Positions 26,990-39,949 of a stretch of 64,000 bases of DNA are shown here, piece after piece (position 1 is the first letter of the stretch; each line of letters opens with the position of its first letter). Both the position numbers and the translations under genes were made by a program. This DNA is from Podarcis tiliguerta (lineage: Eukaryota), in assembly GCA_965153285.1 (NCBI GenBank), contig OZ229119.1; one strand, written 5' to 3'. The notes under the pieces were generated by a model. The model did not search any database. It was not told the DNA's origin and saw nothing but the letters and a program-made list of their open reading frames with translations.

Positions 26990-27762
26990 TATCTGCCTAC
27001 AGAATAAGCATACAAAGATTCCAGAACCAGTAAACATTTTTGGAGGGGGTGCTGCGTGGACAAGGAATTGCTATAATACTCCCGTGACACATTATCCCGC
27101 CCCCCCTTTGACAATGCTACATGAATTCAGTGAAATCATTGTATTTATTTACTCTCTTATGTTGCCTTTGGAGTTTAATTTATGTCTCTTTTCAGGCCCG
27201 CCTTTTGATTTTTGATGTTGTTGTTTTTTACCCTTGACCTGGAAGTGAATCCCACTTTGATCTTGTGGCATTCTTACCAGCACCCACCCTTCCGTACCCT
27301 GGCAGAATATTTCACAAGATCCCTATCAGCAGGCCCATCGGAGTGTCCACATCAACTGTTTGCAAATCGCTACAATATAGGCTCAAGTTGAAAACCCATG
27401 ATTAGTAAGCAGTCTATAGCTCCCAGGTAAGTCTTGTTTGTTTATCCCCTAAACATCCTTTTGTAGTGAAAGGTGGAACAGATATCTATCAGCCAAGTAG
27501 ATTAAAAGGGAAGGAAACAGCAAAAGTAATTGAACTTGTCTTGATTGAGAAGCTCCAAATGACTAGGAATATAATTAGCTGTGAGAGTGGGATCATCTTT
27601 CAACTGAACTTTCGTTTCAGGGGCCAGGTGTGCTGAGTGTGGTTAGATGGTTTTACACTGACTCAATTTCAGTTCTGAAAGAAAGACAGAGGTTCCTTTC
27701 AGTGCTAGCTCCAGGTTTTGGCTGTTCTTTGGGCTTTGCTATTTTATTTTTAAATTTTTTAT

Positions 27763-28733
27763 TGGGTTACAGACGCTTCAGGTTACAGACTCCACTAGGC
27801 CAGAAATAGTACCTCAGGTTAAGAACTTTGCTTCAGGATGAGAACAAAAATCGCGGGGGGGGGGGTGACGGCACGGCGGCAGTGGGAGGCCCCATTAGCT
27901 AAAGTGGTACCTCAGGTTAAGAACAGTTTCAGGTTAAGAACGGGCCTCCAGAACAAATTAAGTTCTTAACCCAAGGTAACACTGTATTATTCTATCCCAC
28001 CTTTCCTCCAACTAGATTAAGGTATCATGCATGGGTTCCCCCCCCTCCTCTTTGCAGTGGTACCTCGGGTTACATACACTTCAGGTTACATACGCTTCAG
28101 GTTACAGACTCCGCTAACCCAGAAATATTACCTCAGGTTAAGAACTTTGCTTCAGGATGAGAACAGAAATTGTGCTCTGGCGGCACGGTGGCAGTGGGAG
28201 GCCCCATTAGCTAAAGTGGTGCTTCAGGTTAAGAACAGTTTCAGGTTAAGAACGGACCTCCGGAACGAATTAAGTACTTAACCCGAGGTACCACTGTATA
28301 TCCTGTGAATGTGAGGTTAGGCTGAGAAATGGTGACTGGCCCAAGGTCACCCCGTGTCTTGCATGGCTGGGTGGGGATTTGAACCCTGGTGTCTCAGATC
28401 CTTGTCGAACACACTAGCCAATATGCCACACTGGCTCTGGGAATCTGAGCATCATTCCTCCCTAAATAGGTCTACTAACCTTTCTACTACAGTGGTACTT
28501 CTGGTTACGGACACTTCTGGTTACAAACACTTCAGGTTATGAGCTCCGCTAATCCGGAAGTAGCTTCTCCTGGTTGCAAACTTTGCCCCAGGATGTGAAC
28601 GGAAATCATGCGCCAGAGACGCACACGCAACAGGAGGCCCCATTAGCGAAAGAGCACCTCAGGATACGAACGGTTTCAGCTTAAGAACGGACTTCCGGAA
28701 CGAAGTAAGTTCGTAAGGAGAGGCACCACTCTA
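27763..28733. mobile_element. Cluster of three related CAGTGGTACC MITEs (~27763-27984, ~28056-28296, ~28490-28731); the middle one interrupts a MIR-like/Squam3-type SINE
   Basis: Shared interior ggttaagaactttgcttcaggatg...ccccattagctaaag. SINE remnant ggcccaaggtcaccc...ggggatttgaaccc at 28300-28440. Confidence 0.85.
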
Positions 28734-29724
28734 TAGCCACTGGCCCTTCACTCGGTCTCTTCCTCTGAGCCCAAGCTGCATTTGCATGGAGAGAGCAAGA
28801 TAAGCAGAGGTTGCTTCTTCTCCGTCTTCCCATTGACAGGACTTGATAGGTCTCCAGGGTCCCCCAGCTGGAGGGTGGGTCTTTGCAAGAGCCAACCATT
28901 GGCCTTGGCCCCATTGCAAACTTATCCAGGCAACAGCCAGTTTGACAGATATTTGGAACATGTTGTAGTAGAGGGATATCTGCATATTTGCCCTGCTGAT
29001 GAGTCTCCCAGGGACATCTGCCTTGCCACTCATGGACTGGAAAGCTGAACTAGATGTATGCTAAGCTAGATGTTCTGATGAGTGTTTTTCTGTAACAAAG
29101 CAGCATTGGTTGTAATTGGAACTAAAAATAACTGTAACTGTTTTACTATAATCTCTGAGCTTAACTGCATTATATAACCGCCTCTCGTAAATGGCAATTA
29201 TTTTTATGATTGTAAGAGCAAACAGCTGTAGCAGAAATCCCAGATCCATGACCTCAGTTGTTGTGATGCTGCCTGTGCAAATTTTCTTCTTTAGAAATTG
29301 CCGTAATGAGAATTTTGCCCAGTCTAGTTGATTGTTTTGCAAGCATCCTATAGATGATACTTGACAGGCTTTGCGAAGAGAGAAAAAAGGAGTGAGATTA
29401 CCATGAGAGCTCCACTGTTTACCATAAAGACTGCATTCAGACTATCATATTTCAGTTTAAGCCAATATTTGAACAAGCCTTATGACCCCACAGTCAGCCA
29501 CTTTGTTCCTCCCTTCGCAAAAGCCATGAAACAAATCAGTTAAACTTAATTTCTCCTTATTTGTAAACCGTGAAGCTATGGTTAACAACTTCAGAACAGC
29601 TTCAAAGCATGGTTTCATAATGTGGCTTGTTTGGAAGCCTTGATGTAACAGAAAACTATGGTTAACTGAAGACTTCTCGGTTTGTTTGCCTGCCTACACA
29701 AAGGGGGAAGTGAAATGGCTGCAT

Positions 29725-30950
29725 TTAGGGTCCCAGGGCATGTTCCTGCTTCTTGAAGACGTTGGATACATGGGCGTAGGTTTTTTCTTTGGTTAAGGGT
29801 CTCCTGAGATAAATCCTGAAAGGCCAGGATGGGGTTTTCTCCATATCAGGAGGTTGGTTGAGTTTCTGAGGTTGTTCCATATTTCTTCTTTCTTTTTGTA
29901 GCAGGCGGAGCACATGATTATGTCTCATGGAGGGGCGTTGGCTTTTGGCATGGGTCTTAGAGCTCTATGTGCCCTTTCCAGATCGTCTACTTTGAGTATC
30001 AGGTTGGGAATTGTGGTTTTTAGCCAGCATAGGATGAGATCGGTCGGGTTTTGTCCTCCATTTTCTCGGGAAAAATTATGGAGGAGGATATTGCAGCGTC
30101 TACTGTGATCTTCAGGGTCTGCTAGTTTAATTCTCGCTTTCATGCTTTCTCTTTCTTGGCAGCTATCCATATCAGCTAATTTATTTTTCAGACATGTGTT
30201 TTCCTCTTGGAGTTGCTCTATTTGTTTTAGTTGCATCTGGTTTTCCTTTTCTAGAGTGGTGATGGTAATTTTGACTCACAGGCAGTTTTAATTTCACTGT
30301 GGGGACCATGGGACCTGGATGTTGGGTCCATGGGTTAGGGCTAAGGCAGCGGTCTTCAGTGGTTCAGGCCTCTTGCATGGATGCCATTACAGTTCTTCAA
30401 AGAAAATAATAATAATATAAATAAATAAATTCCAACAGGGGAGGGCCTGCGCCGCATTTCCCCCCCCCCCCCCGGGTTGGTCTCCGGTGTGCAGTTCCTC
30501 CCGGGTCCCGGCCTGCTCTTTGCACTAGCCGCCAGGGAGGTAGGCTAGGGGTCGGGCCTGGGCTAGGCTGAGTGATTCCTTGCAGTGTCCCTGGCACTCC
30601 CGGTACCCTCCTACCTCTCTTCATTGGCGATGGTGGCGGCAGTGGTTGCGGCAGCAGTGGCAGTAAGTTGGTGCTCGGCTGGGGGTAGGAGTGGCTCTGT
30701 CTTGCCTCCTGTTTTCCTTGTGTTTTGTGTTTGGCTCTGGAGGCCTCCGGGCCCAGGAGCTCCGCTAGGTTGTCAGTGGGGTGCTCTCGGTCCCAGCAGG
30801 ATTGAAGTGGTTGTGGGGGGGCTGGAGGCCCTGTGTGGCCTCCTCGGTTGTTGTGCTGGACACCCCTGATTCCCCCCAATCATGGCAGCAGCGGCGCAGG
30901 GACTAACCAGGTAGCGCAGTTGGTGCTCTGCGCAGCCATGTCCCCACTAA
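29725..30950 (-). mobile_element. LINE-1/Tx1-like 5' relic (GC-rich leader + degraded ORF1)
   Basis: ORF 29925-30236 has a coiled-coil stretch followed by EDHSRRCNI and DDLERAHRALRP, typical L1 ORF1p motifs. GC-rich upstream segment at 30440-30945. Confidence 0.72.
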
Positions 30951-31956
30951 TATAGTATTTTCAGCTTCTTGCCTTACCCCTCTGCTTGAATAAAATCTCT
31001 AGTTAGATAAATAGGAAAGCATCTACCATCCCTGTCCTTTTAGGAGTTCTTGGTTTCCATGAAGTCGAGTGAATCAGCGCCTTTGGTTATGTGTTTCCTG
31101 TTATGGCTGTTGAAATATTCAAATTGTACTGAAAATGTGACTGTTTTTACCTGTGTTGTCTTGATGAAACGAGCATCTGTTTCAAAGAGGACAAATTGGA
31201 GAATAGTTGTTTTAAAGGCTATTTCATTATGAATCTGCAAATCGTTACCAGTGTGTTACACAGATTTCGGCCTTGTGCCTTTGTTTGTGCTGCCAAGGGC
31301 ACCTAGCATTAAATCACCTCATGTCCTAATCTTTCAGCTGTTGTTTACGGCCATAATTTCTCATGGGGTTGACTTGGGGGCACAAAATGTAACCTGTTCT
31401 TTGTATTAAAACTGTAACATGGGTGACTTCAAAAATGATGCTCCTTGCCACATTTGCCAGTCGGTATATACTTACTCTTGTAAGTCATATTATGTGATCA
31501 ACTCCTAAAGCACCCCTAGTATGGACCCCCTGTTCTTCCTCTCTGCATTTGTTACAAAGCTGATTTTGCAGTTTTAGCATTTCACACTCCCAGCAGCAGC
31601 CACTCTAGCATTCAGGGCAGATTTATCACTTAATTCAGTGGGTGCTTTTGAATTTCTTGCTGAGGGAGATGAATGCATTTAACCTTTCATGGCTACACAT
31701 ATCCATTGCATGTCGGCCTTACGGGCTGCTGAATTCTCTCCTCCCTTGGAGGAGTTTATCTCCTTTGTTAGAGAAAAAACTGCATCAGTGACCTTACAGT
31801 TGTGTTATAAAAATAGAATTAAATAGACTTTAGAAAATGTGAAGAGAATTATTTTATTTGCGTTAGTTATTATTTCTGTTGGGACTGTGGACATGACAGT
31901 GGAACAATCTTTTGTTTACCTCTCTCCTAAGGCATTGCAGTGTAAAATTATAGATA

Positions 31957-32381
31957 CAGTGGTACCTTGGTTCTCAAACTTAATCCGTTCCGGAAGTCAG
32001 TTCCAAAACCAAAGCGTTCCAAAACCAAGGCGCGCTTTCACATAGAAAGCAATGCAAAGTTCCAGACTTTTAAAAACAAGTCCTAAAACAGCTATTTAAC
32101 ATGAATGTTACTATCTAATGAGACCCTTGATCCATAAAATGAAAGCAATAAACAATATACTGCAGTCACACAACCAATCAATCTGTAGCTGAACTGGGTT
32201 CCACACAGTCACACACAAAAAGGGGCCGCAAAAACAAAAATGCAAAATAAATAGCAAAAAGATACAGACCTCAGCGTAACACTCAAATCAGAAGCGTAAC
32301 ACTCAAGCACATTCAGCTTCCGGGTTTGCAGTGTTTGGGTTCCAAGTTGTTTGAGTACCAAGGCGTTTGAGAACCAAGGTA

Positions 32382-32386
<5 letters not shown>
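31957..32386. mobile_element. Tigger-like MITE related to the 26182 element
   Basis: ta-cagtggtaccttggttctcaaac ... gtttgagaaccaaggtactact, running into (CT)n. Confidence 0.85.

Positions 32387-32413
<27 letters not shown>
32386..32413. repeat. (CT)n microsatellite
   Basis: Direct reading. Confidence 0.95.
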
Positions 32414-32417
<4 letters not shown>

Positions 32418-33801
32418 CTCACTTTACTGAATATATATATAACATAGAACATAAAAAGAGCCTGCTGAACCAGGCCAAGGGTCCGGCATCCTAGTCTCAT
32501 AGTGGCCACCCAGATGCCTTTGGGACGCTCCCAAGCAGGACCTGAGAGCAACAGCACACTACCCACCTGAAATTCTCAGCAACTGGTATTCAAATACATA
32601 CTGCCTCTGTTCCTAGAGGTAGCATCTAACTATGATGACTAGTAGACTTATCCTCCTCTAATTCCATTTTAAAGCCGTTTAATTTGGTGGCTAGTAGCCA
32701 CGGATAGCCTTATTCACCACCGATTTGTCTAATCCTCTTTTAAAGCCAAAATCCATTTGTTATGTACAGTATGATTAGATACGTGTATTTACCACTCTTG
32801 AAATATGCCTTGTATTTTTTACACATCTCCACGTAACATTTTTCTAAATTAATTGCCCTTGTATTATTATCTTCATTGTTCCTGAACAAATCACAAAACA
32901 CTTCGTTTGCCTAGTTCCCGCGATTTTAAAGTGGCATTCGCCATATGGAACTGTAGAAGAAGCAGCCACTGTGATGCCGTAGCAAAGTGTGGAATTCCTA
33001 TCTGGAGGAGTTTATAATCTAATAAAAAGGCTTGAGCAAAACCAGCGCTGAACAGTGCTTTCCTGGAAACAAAGCAAGTGGCGAGCGGTTGCTATAGCTG
33101 CAGTGCTTCGAGGAACATATGGCCTTTTAGGAATCACTGGAGACCTTCCCGCTGTGCTCCATCAACAAATTGTTGCTTCAGTACAAGCATAACCTCTGCA
33201 ATGACCTGCTTATTCGCGTATGTCCGCTGTGCATGGAAATCCTGTCTTGATCACAAACAGGGAACTAGAAGAAAATGCTGAGAGAGGGGCAAAAGCATTT
33301 CCCCCAATCAGAAATAGCTTAACTAAATTTATCACACTGTTTCCTCTCTCTCAGCTCCGTTCCCATCAATATTCCTTAATGCAGGGCAAACATTTTGGAG
33401 CTCCTTAAGATCGCCACATTTATTTCCCATCATACAGCCCTCTGAAAAACCACTTCTCTATTAAAATATGCCAGTTTCTAACAGGACACATCCACTGCTA
33501 CTTCCATGCCAAGCTACTGCTTGTCTGAATGGTAGAGCTGGGTATAGCTGGGCACTGTTTGCCAGTAGCAGGCAGTGTGGTGGGTTGGCAGGACACACCT
33601 CTGACCTCCTGTTGCTCATGTCACTGCAGCAGACCGAGTTGGAGAAGGGGAAGCAGTGAGGAGGTGGCGAGGATAACGTGGTGCAAATGCAATAGTGGAA
33701 CCAATCCCCTCTCCATCCCAATGTGCAGCAGCAACGCAGAAGGTCAGATGGCCACCACTGGCACACCTACTGGCCACTACTAGTGTTTATTCTGCCACAA
33801 G

Positions 33802-34219
33802 TGTTGTTGTTGCTTAGTCGTTTAATCGTGTCTGACTCTTCGTGACCCCATGGACCAGAGCACGCAGGCACTCCTGTCTTCCACTGCCTCCCACAGTTTG
33901 GTCAAACTCATTCTGGTAGCTTTGAGAACACTATCCAACCATCTCGTCCTCTGTTGTCCCCTTCTCCTTGTGCCCTCCATCTTTCCCAACATCATGGTCT
34001 TTTCCAGGGAGTCTTCTCTTCGCATGAGGTGGCCAAAGTATTGGAGTCTCAGCTTCAGGATCTATCCTTCCAGTGAGCGCTCGGGGCTGATTGCCTTAAG
34101 AATGGATAGGTTTGATCTTCTTGCAGTCCACGAGACTCTCAAGAGTCTCCTCCAGCACCATAATTCAAAAGCATCAATTCTTCGGCGATCAGCCTTCTTT
34201 ATGGTCCAGCTCTCACTTC
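33802..34219 (-). mobile_element. Bov-B (RTE LINE) 5'-truncated 3' fragment
   Basis: Encodes MRREDSLEKTMMLGKMEGTRRRGQQRTRWLD..., the Bov-B C-terminus; (CAA)n tail. Confidence 0.92.
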
Positions 34220-35952
34220 TGCCGCTAGGAACTTCTACCTTATCTCTTTTCTCAGGCTAGAAGGCCTAGTCAACTGAAGCTTCAGTGCTTTAGCTTGTTT
34301 ATTTCGCCGTGGTAGGATGTCTCACCGTTGCCACGAAGTGTGCCCCAGGTTTTGGGTGTCAGTGAGGTTAGAACCCAAAAACCAACCTCTCAGATTTGCA
34401 GCTGTAGCAGGAAGAGACTTCATACAACCATTTCTCATCTATCTGATGGTGATAACCCCTGTATGTAGAACAACCTCTTTCTTGCATCAGCAGAGTGCTT
34501 TAGGATCTTTGCCTCTGACTCGAAGCTGTCATAGCCAAAGCCACCCATCTGAATCCAGAACTCCATGGTCCAAGCCAAGTACTCTTATTTATGCCAGCTG
34601 GGTCTCATGGGAGTTGTAATGTAAAACATCTGGAGGGAAACAGGTTGGGGAAGGCTTTGGTAGAGCACACAGGGGTTTGGGGAGTGACTTCACTGAACAG
34701 CTGTGTGGTAATGCCTGCTTCATACAATGTGATGATTGCAACCAGTACAAGAAGCTGTAGTTTCTGAATTGGACGTAATAACATACCTCTCAGGCCTTCT
34801 ACAGTATTGTGTTCCCTTCCTATATAGATTTTCTTTTGTCTGCCTGACAGCTTCATTATATTTCCAGTCAAGTAAAAATGAAAAGAGCATGGCTATAAAG
34901 TACTTAGCATGGAAAACTAAATTGTTTGGCTTTCTCAGTTATAGTAATGATTGACTACTTAAAGAACACTAGCAAAATGCTAAATTGCTATTCTGGTGGT
35001 ATCTTGAAAGGGAGTAAGGATAAACTGCTTTAAGATAGTTGTGATTATTATTCTTCCATCTCTCTCTCTCTCTCTCCCTCCACACACACACACTTACACT
35101 TCTGCATGTGATAGTGAAATATTGCTTGTGGCAAGGGTCTTATCTGTTATATCCACCACAAAGAGATGTTGAGATTTTTGCATGATGTCATCTAGTTCAA
35201 AAGGAACCAGCCAGCAGTAATGGACCCCTTAATGGGCTATCTACTATTGCAAAAAAGTAGAACACTTATTTTTAACATCCAGTATGTTCCCCTTTCAAGC
35301 AAGAGCTTATTCCTTTGAAATGTGTACATGTTAGACTTTTAAGACAATCTGAATTGGACCAAAAAGATCTACCTAATCCATCATCTTGTTTGCATCTGCA
35401 GCCACGTGCCTCTGAAAAAGCCACAATCCCTCTTGAGCATGAAGGTTCCATTAGAAATTGTATCTCATACCATTAATAGCAAAATGCATGTAGAGTGGTG
35501 CTGATCTTTTTTAAAAGACATGTAGGCTAGAAACCAGCACCCCAACTTGTGGGAACAAATTCTATATTAATTATGCACTACATAGCCAATGGTCAGGGAT
35601 GGTGAGAGATGTCGTCCAAACTGTGGGAGACTGGTCTGCAGCCTTTCTGGAATTCAGTATTCCAAGAAATGAATAAAATAACAAAACAGCAATTGGAAGT
35701 CAAACCAGAGTTAGCTTTATTAAATATATTTCAATGCAACAATCTTGATTTACATAATAAATAATTAAGAATCCATTAATTACAAGCAGCGAGGCGTAGT
35801 ATACACTGGAAAGACCTTTCTGGCACAACGATAGGCAGAACAGTTTAGGAAACAGCTCTCCTTCAGACATTAACAAATAAGCTGCAGTTGATAGGTGGAA
35901 AGATAAAGAAAGATTGCTTTACTCCTGTGTGATTAAATTTTATAACATATGC

Positions 35953-36185
35953 TAGTCATACCTTGGCATTCGAATGGAATCCTTTCGACTTCCAAAATGT
36001 TCAGAAACCAAAGCAGGGCTTCTGATTGGCTGCAGGAAGCTCCTGCAGCCAATCTGAAGCTGCGGAAGCCCCATTGGATGTTCAGGTTCCAAAGAACATT
36101 CACAAACCAGAACATTCCCAGGTTTGCAGTGTTCAGGAGCCAAAACATCCGAGTATTAAGGCGTCCGGGATGCAAGGTACAACTG
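35953..36185. mobile_element. Tigger-like MITE
   Basis: agtcataccttggcatt ... atgcaaggtacaactg-ta; central gattggctgcagg hairpin. Confidence 0.78.
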
Positions 36186-36447
36186 TATTCCAGAAAACGA
36201 AGAAGCTCCACCACCAGTATTTGGCTCAATCTGGTTGATATAAACATAAATTACTATCTTCGCTTTCAACCCTTTTCCCACATTTGTAAATCTACCAACA
36301 CTTTATATTGTTTCACTGGTAATTTAAAGGAAAAAATGACTATTACTCATAATTAATCTAAGCACAACCATAAGGGCTCATGATAAGGTGGTTTAGCTAT
36401 GCGATGTTGAATGTTATATGTTAACTATGTTCTATCCTGTTTCCCCT

Positions 36448-36931
36448 TTGTTGTTGTTGTTGTTGTTTAGTCGTTCAGTCGTGTCCGACTCTTCGTGACC
36501 CCATGGACCAGAGCACGCCAGGCACTTCTGTCTTCCACTGCCACCCGCAGTTTGGTCAGATTCATGTTTGTAGCTTCGAGAACACTGTCTAACCATCTCG
36601 TCCTCTGTCGTCCCCTTCTCCTTGTGCCCTCCATCTTTCCCAACATCAGGGTCTTTTCCAGGGAGTCTTCTCTTCACATGAGGTGGCCAAAGTATTGGAG
36701 TCTCAGCTTCACGATCTGTCCTTCCAGTGAGCACTCAGGGCTGATTTCCTTAAGAATGGATGCATTTGATCTTCTTGCAGTCCATGGGACTCTCAAGAGT
36801 CTCCTCCAGCACCATAATTCAAAAGCGTCAATTCTTCGGCGATCAGCTTTCTTTATGGTCCAGCTCTCACTTCCATACATCACTACTGGGAAAACCATAG
36901 CTTTTACTATACGGACCTTTGTTGGCAAGGT
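36448..36931 (-). mobile_element. Bov-B (RTE LINE) 3' fragment
   Basis: TLPTKVRIVKAMVFPVVMYGSESWTIKKADRRRIDAFELWCWRRLLRVPWTARRSN...; (CAA)n tail. Confidence 0.95.
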
Positions 36932-37980
36932 GTTATTGTTATTATTAAAACCACTCCATGAACCAAGAACTTGTACATGGACCACTAATAATGAATATAT
37001 GTCATAGATATTACTGCAGATTTATTATGCTATTTTTGTGATGTACAAATGGCATGAGAATCAGTATTATTTATATCACTTATTATTCCTATGATCCCTG
37101 TTTATAAAGCCCATTAAAAAGTCTTTTTTAAAAAATAGAAGACTGAATCCCACAGAATGCTATGTTTTTGACAGAAGATCTGTTTTCAAGTTCTTACTGT
37201 TTGTGTTGGATAGTTCTTGTTATCTGAAAAATTGAATACTGTTTTTTTTTTAAATGGTTGTAATAGTAGCTGCCTTTTCCATCTAAAAAGAACTTTGTAA
37301 TATTCTTATACAATCTGTTCTGAACAATCCAAATTATCTGCTAAGCCTTGCATATCTATCTATACTCTTCCTAAAAAAAAGAAAGAAAATGAAAACTTTT
37401 GACAATGACGTAGGAGTTGTATTTTTATTATTACTATTGTGCTGCTTTGATGTGCGGTTGCCGGCATGATCCTGGAGTTCTGAAATATCTTTCAGAATAA
37501 GGCTGTTTCCCTCCTTCCCACATTCATATCCTATCATTATAATTAGTGCCCATTGAATGGTGTTTATCACCCATTTTGATACAATTTCCAAGGCAACAGG
37601 AGCGAAGGACCAGTCCTATAATTGGAAAAGGAAGCCAGTACTAACACTTGCATTCTGAGCTTCGAGAAGGATTACTGCTTCTAGGTTCAGGTGTAGTAGT
37701 AGCAGTGGAACTTCAGTTGGTTCTTAGTTCACCCTCTTTAAACAAACTTGGGTATTCCTCTACTTTGAAACTTTTACCTTTCTATGTCACCACACATGTC
37801 CAGTAGACCTAACCTGCACAATATAGATGGATCAAGCTAACCACATCTCTCAAACGCTACTTCTTGACAGGCTCAATTCAGTAGCAGTTGAAAATGTGAA
37901 ATTGCTATGTGCTTCTTACGGTATTCATCAGCACTGGTACATTTGTATATTTTGGAAACTTTGAGTTGTGGGGACACTTA

Positions 37981-38340
37981 AAAAGGTAAAGGTACCCCTG
38001 CCCGTACGGGCCAGTCTTGACAGACTCTAGGGTTGTGCGCCCATCCCACTCAAGAGGCCGGGGGCCAGCGCTGTCCGGAGACACTTCCGGGTCACGTGGC
38101 CAGCGTGACAAAGCCGCATCTGGCGAGCCAGCGCAGCACACGGAAACGCCGTTTACCTTCCCGCCAGTAAGCGGCCCCTATTTATCTACTTGCACCCGGG
38201 GGTGCTTTCGAACTGTTAGGTTGGCAGGCGCTGGGACCGAGCAACGGGAGCGCACCCTGCCGCGGGGATTCGAACCGCCGACCTTTCGATCGGCAAGCCC
38301 TAGGCGCTGAGGCTTTTACCCACAGCGCCACCCGCGTCCC
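37981..38340 (-). mobile_element. Full-length, young Sauria SINE
   Basis: The minus strand starts GGGACGCGGGTGGCGCTGTGG (A box), contains GGTTCGAATCC (B box) and ends in an (ACCTTT)n tail. Perfect 15-bp TSD ttgtggggacactta (37966-37980 / 38341-38355); CpGs retained. Confidence 0.93.
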
Positions 38341-38542
38341 TTGTGGGGACACTTACTGGACTCTATTTTGGACCCATGGACTCCTGAAGTGCACATATTT
38401 TGACTCTATTACTGAATGAGATTTATTTATGATGCCTATCTAATGATATTAGTTGGTTACTAGCTGATTGTTCCCCAGTAACAATGTGGCATTAAAAGTG
38501 GTAACAATTTTTCATAGCGATGTACATTTTCTTTTATTCTAG

Positions 38543-38844
38543 ATGATGAATTACCTGGAATTCCTCGAGACGCTTTGAAGAGTCCACCAACAGATCAGCA
38601 GATCAACAAGCTTGCTAGGAGACTTGGACCTGAATGGGAGTGCATCGTATTGTCCCTGGGATTGACCCAAAATGACATTTATCGTTGTAAAGTCAATCAC
38701 TCCTACAATATCCAGTCACAGATTGTGAGCGCATTCATTTTATGGAGGCAGCGTTTTGGGAACAAAGCTACCGTGGAGAGCCTGTGTACTGGCTTGAAGT
38801 CAGGAGAAGTGGATTCTTCTGTGATCCAGCAGATGTTCCAGTGA
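38543..38844 (+). CDS. CRADD: CRADD/RAIDD last coding exon (death domain, to TGA)
   Basis: Acceptor ttttcttttattctag ends at 38542. The phase-1 join gives [33 protein letters not shown]...[19 protein letters not shown]...QMFQ*. 298+302=600 nt, i.e. 199 aa + stop, the same length as human CRADD. Confidence 0.98.
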
Positions 38845-39145
38845 CCCCCCAGTGTGACTGGAGGCTCAAAAGCCCCCTCTGTATGAAATTGAATCCAACA
38901 TGCTCACAGACCTGGAAAATATTTGGCGTGCTTCAGTCCCTTTTGAAATGGATATAAGCATGCAGTTGAAGTAGCCACTCATGAGGTAGCACTACAGGTA
39001 GGAAGAAACTGCTGCCATTGAGCAGCAATTGGGGTAGAGGAGCTCCCACAGCCTTTGATCCATTTTCATCATCAGCGGCAGTGGTCAGGGATGATTTAGT
39101 CCAGCAACCTATGTGTGGGAAACCCAGCCAGATGGGCAGGGTATA

Positions 39146-39150
39146 AATAA

Positions 39151-39184
<34 letters not shown>
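39146..39184 (+). repeat. (AAT)n microsatellite preceded by AATAAA (first candidate poly(A) signal after the CRADD stop)
   Basis: aataaa at 39146-39151, ~300 nt after the TGA. It lies in a repeat-like tail, so its use as a poly(A) signal is unproven. Confidence 0.5.
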
Positions 39185-39401
39185 GCCACAAGTTCCCATC
39201 CTTGCATTAGGAAATGCAAAGTGACAGAGGCAGCAGCCAGAGGCAGTGCTTCATGAAGTGCTCCCAACCAGTGAGCTATCATGCACCTGTGTAGTGCCAA
39301 GTCTAAGCACTCCTTGCCTTGTTTCCAGCCTCTCATCTCCTGTCAGTGACGTCCTGGAGGCTCCTCTTCCACACAGCTGACACCCAGCGGCTGCAACCAT
39401 C

Positions 39402-39623
39402 GTTACCTCAGGTTACAGACGCTTCAGGTTACACACTCCGCTAACCCAGAAATAGCACCTCGGGTTAAGAACTTTGCTTCAAGATGAGAGCAGAACTCGT
39501 GCTCTGGCGGCGCGGCAGCAGCAGGAGGCCCCATTAGCTAAAGTGGTACCTCAGGTTAAGAACAGTTTCAGGTTAAGAACGGACCTCTGGAACGAATTAA
39601 GTTCTTAACTAGAGGCACCACTG
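39402..39623. mobile_element. 242-bp-family MITE downstream of the CRADD stop
   Basis: Same interior sequence; ends gaggcaccactg-ta. Confidence 0.85.
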
Positions 39624-39719
39624 TACTAACAACTGCAGCTGTCAACCTTTTGTTTAGAAAGTAGAAGGGCTAACAGAAATAGGCATCCACCTGTAGGAGC
39701 TTATGTGCCAAAGCTACTA

Positions 39720-39949
39720 CAGTAGTACCTTGGTTTTCGAACGTCTCCGTTAAGAAACATTTCAGTTTTCAAACACTGTAAATGCTTCGGTTTTCGAACA
39801 CGCCTCAGAAGTTGAACATGCCACGCGTCTTCCGCTGAGTGCAAGATCCTGAGGCCTAGCTGTCGGCTATTGAGTTTTTCGTTTTCGAACGTTTCAGAAC
39901 TCGAACAGTTTTCCGGAATGGATTACGTTTGAAAACCGAGGTACCATTG
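39720..39949. mobile_element. Tigger-like MITE
   Basis: ta-cagtagtaccttggttttcgaacg ... cgtttgaaaaccgaggtaccattg-ta. Confidence 0.85.

Larger units (their letters stand above)
6657..38542 (+). other. CRADD: CRADD intron between the CARD and death-domain exons (31,886 bp, GT-AG)
   Basis: Canonical GTAAG donor and pyrimidine tract + TAG acceptor; the reading frame is conserved across the junction. Confidence 0.95.

Noticed and set aside
36495-37007. 170-aa ORF (and similar ones at 33850 and 48423)
   Set aside because: Antisense frames of Bov-B.
38575-38844. Stand-alone death-domain gene starting at TTG
   Set aside because: It is the last CRADD exon; the frame begins at the acceptor at 38543.
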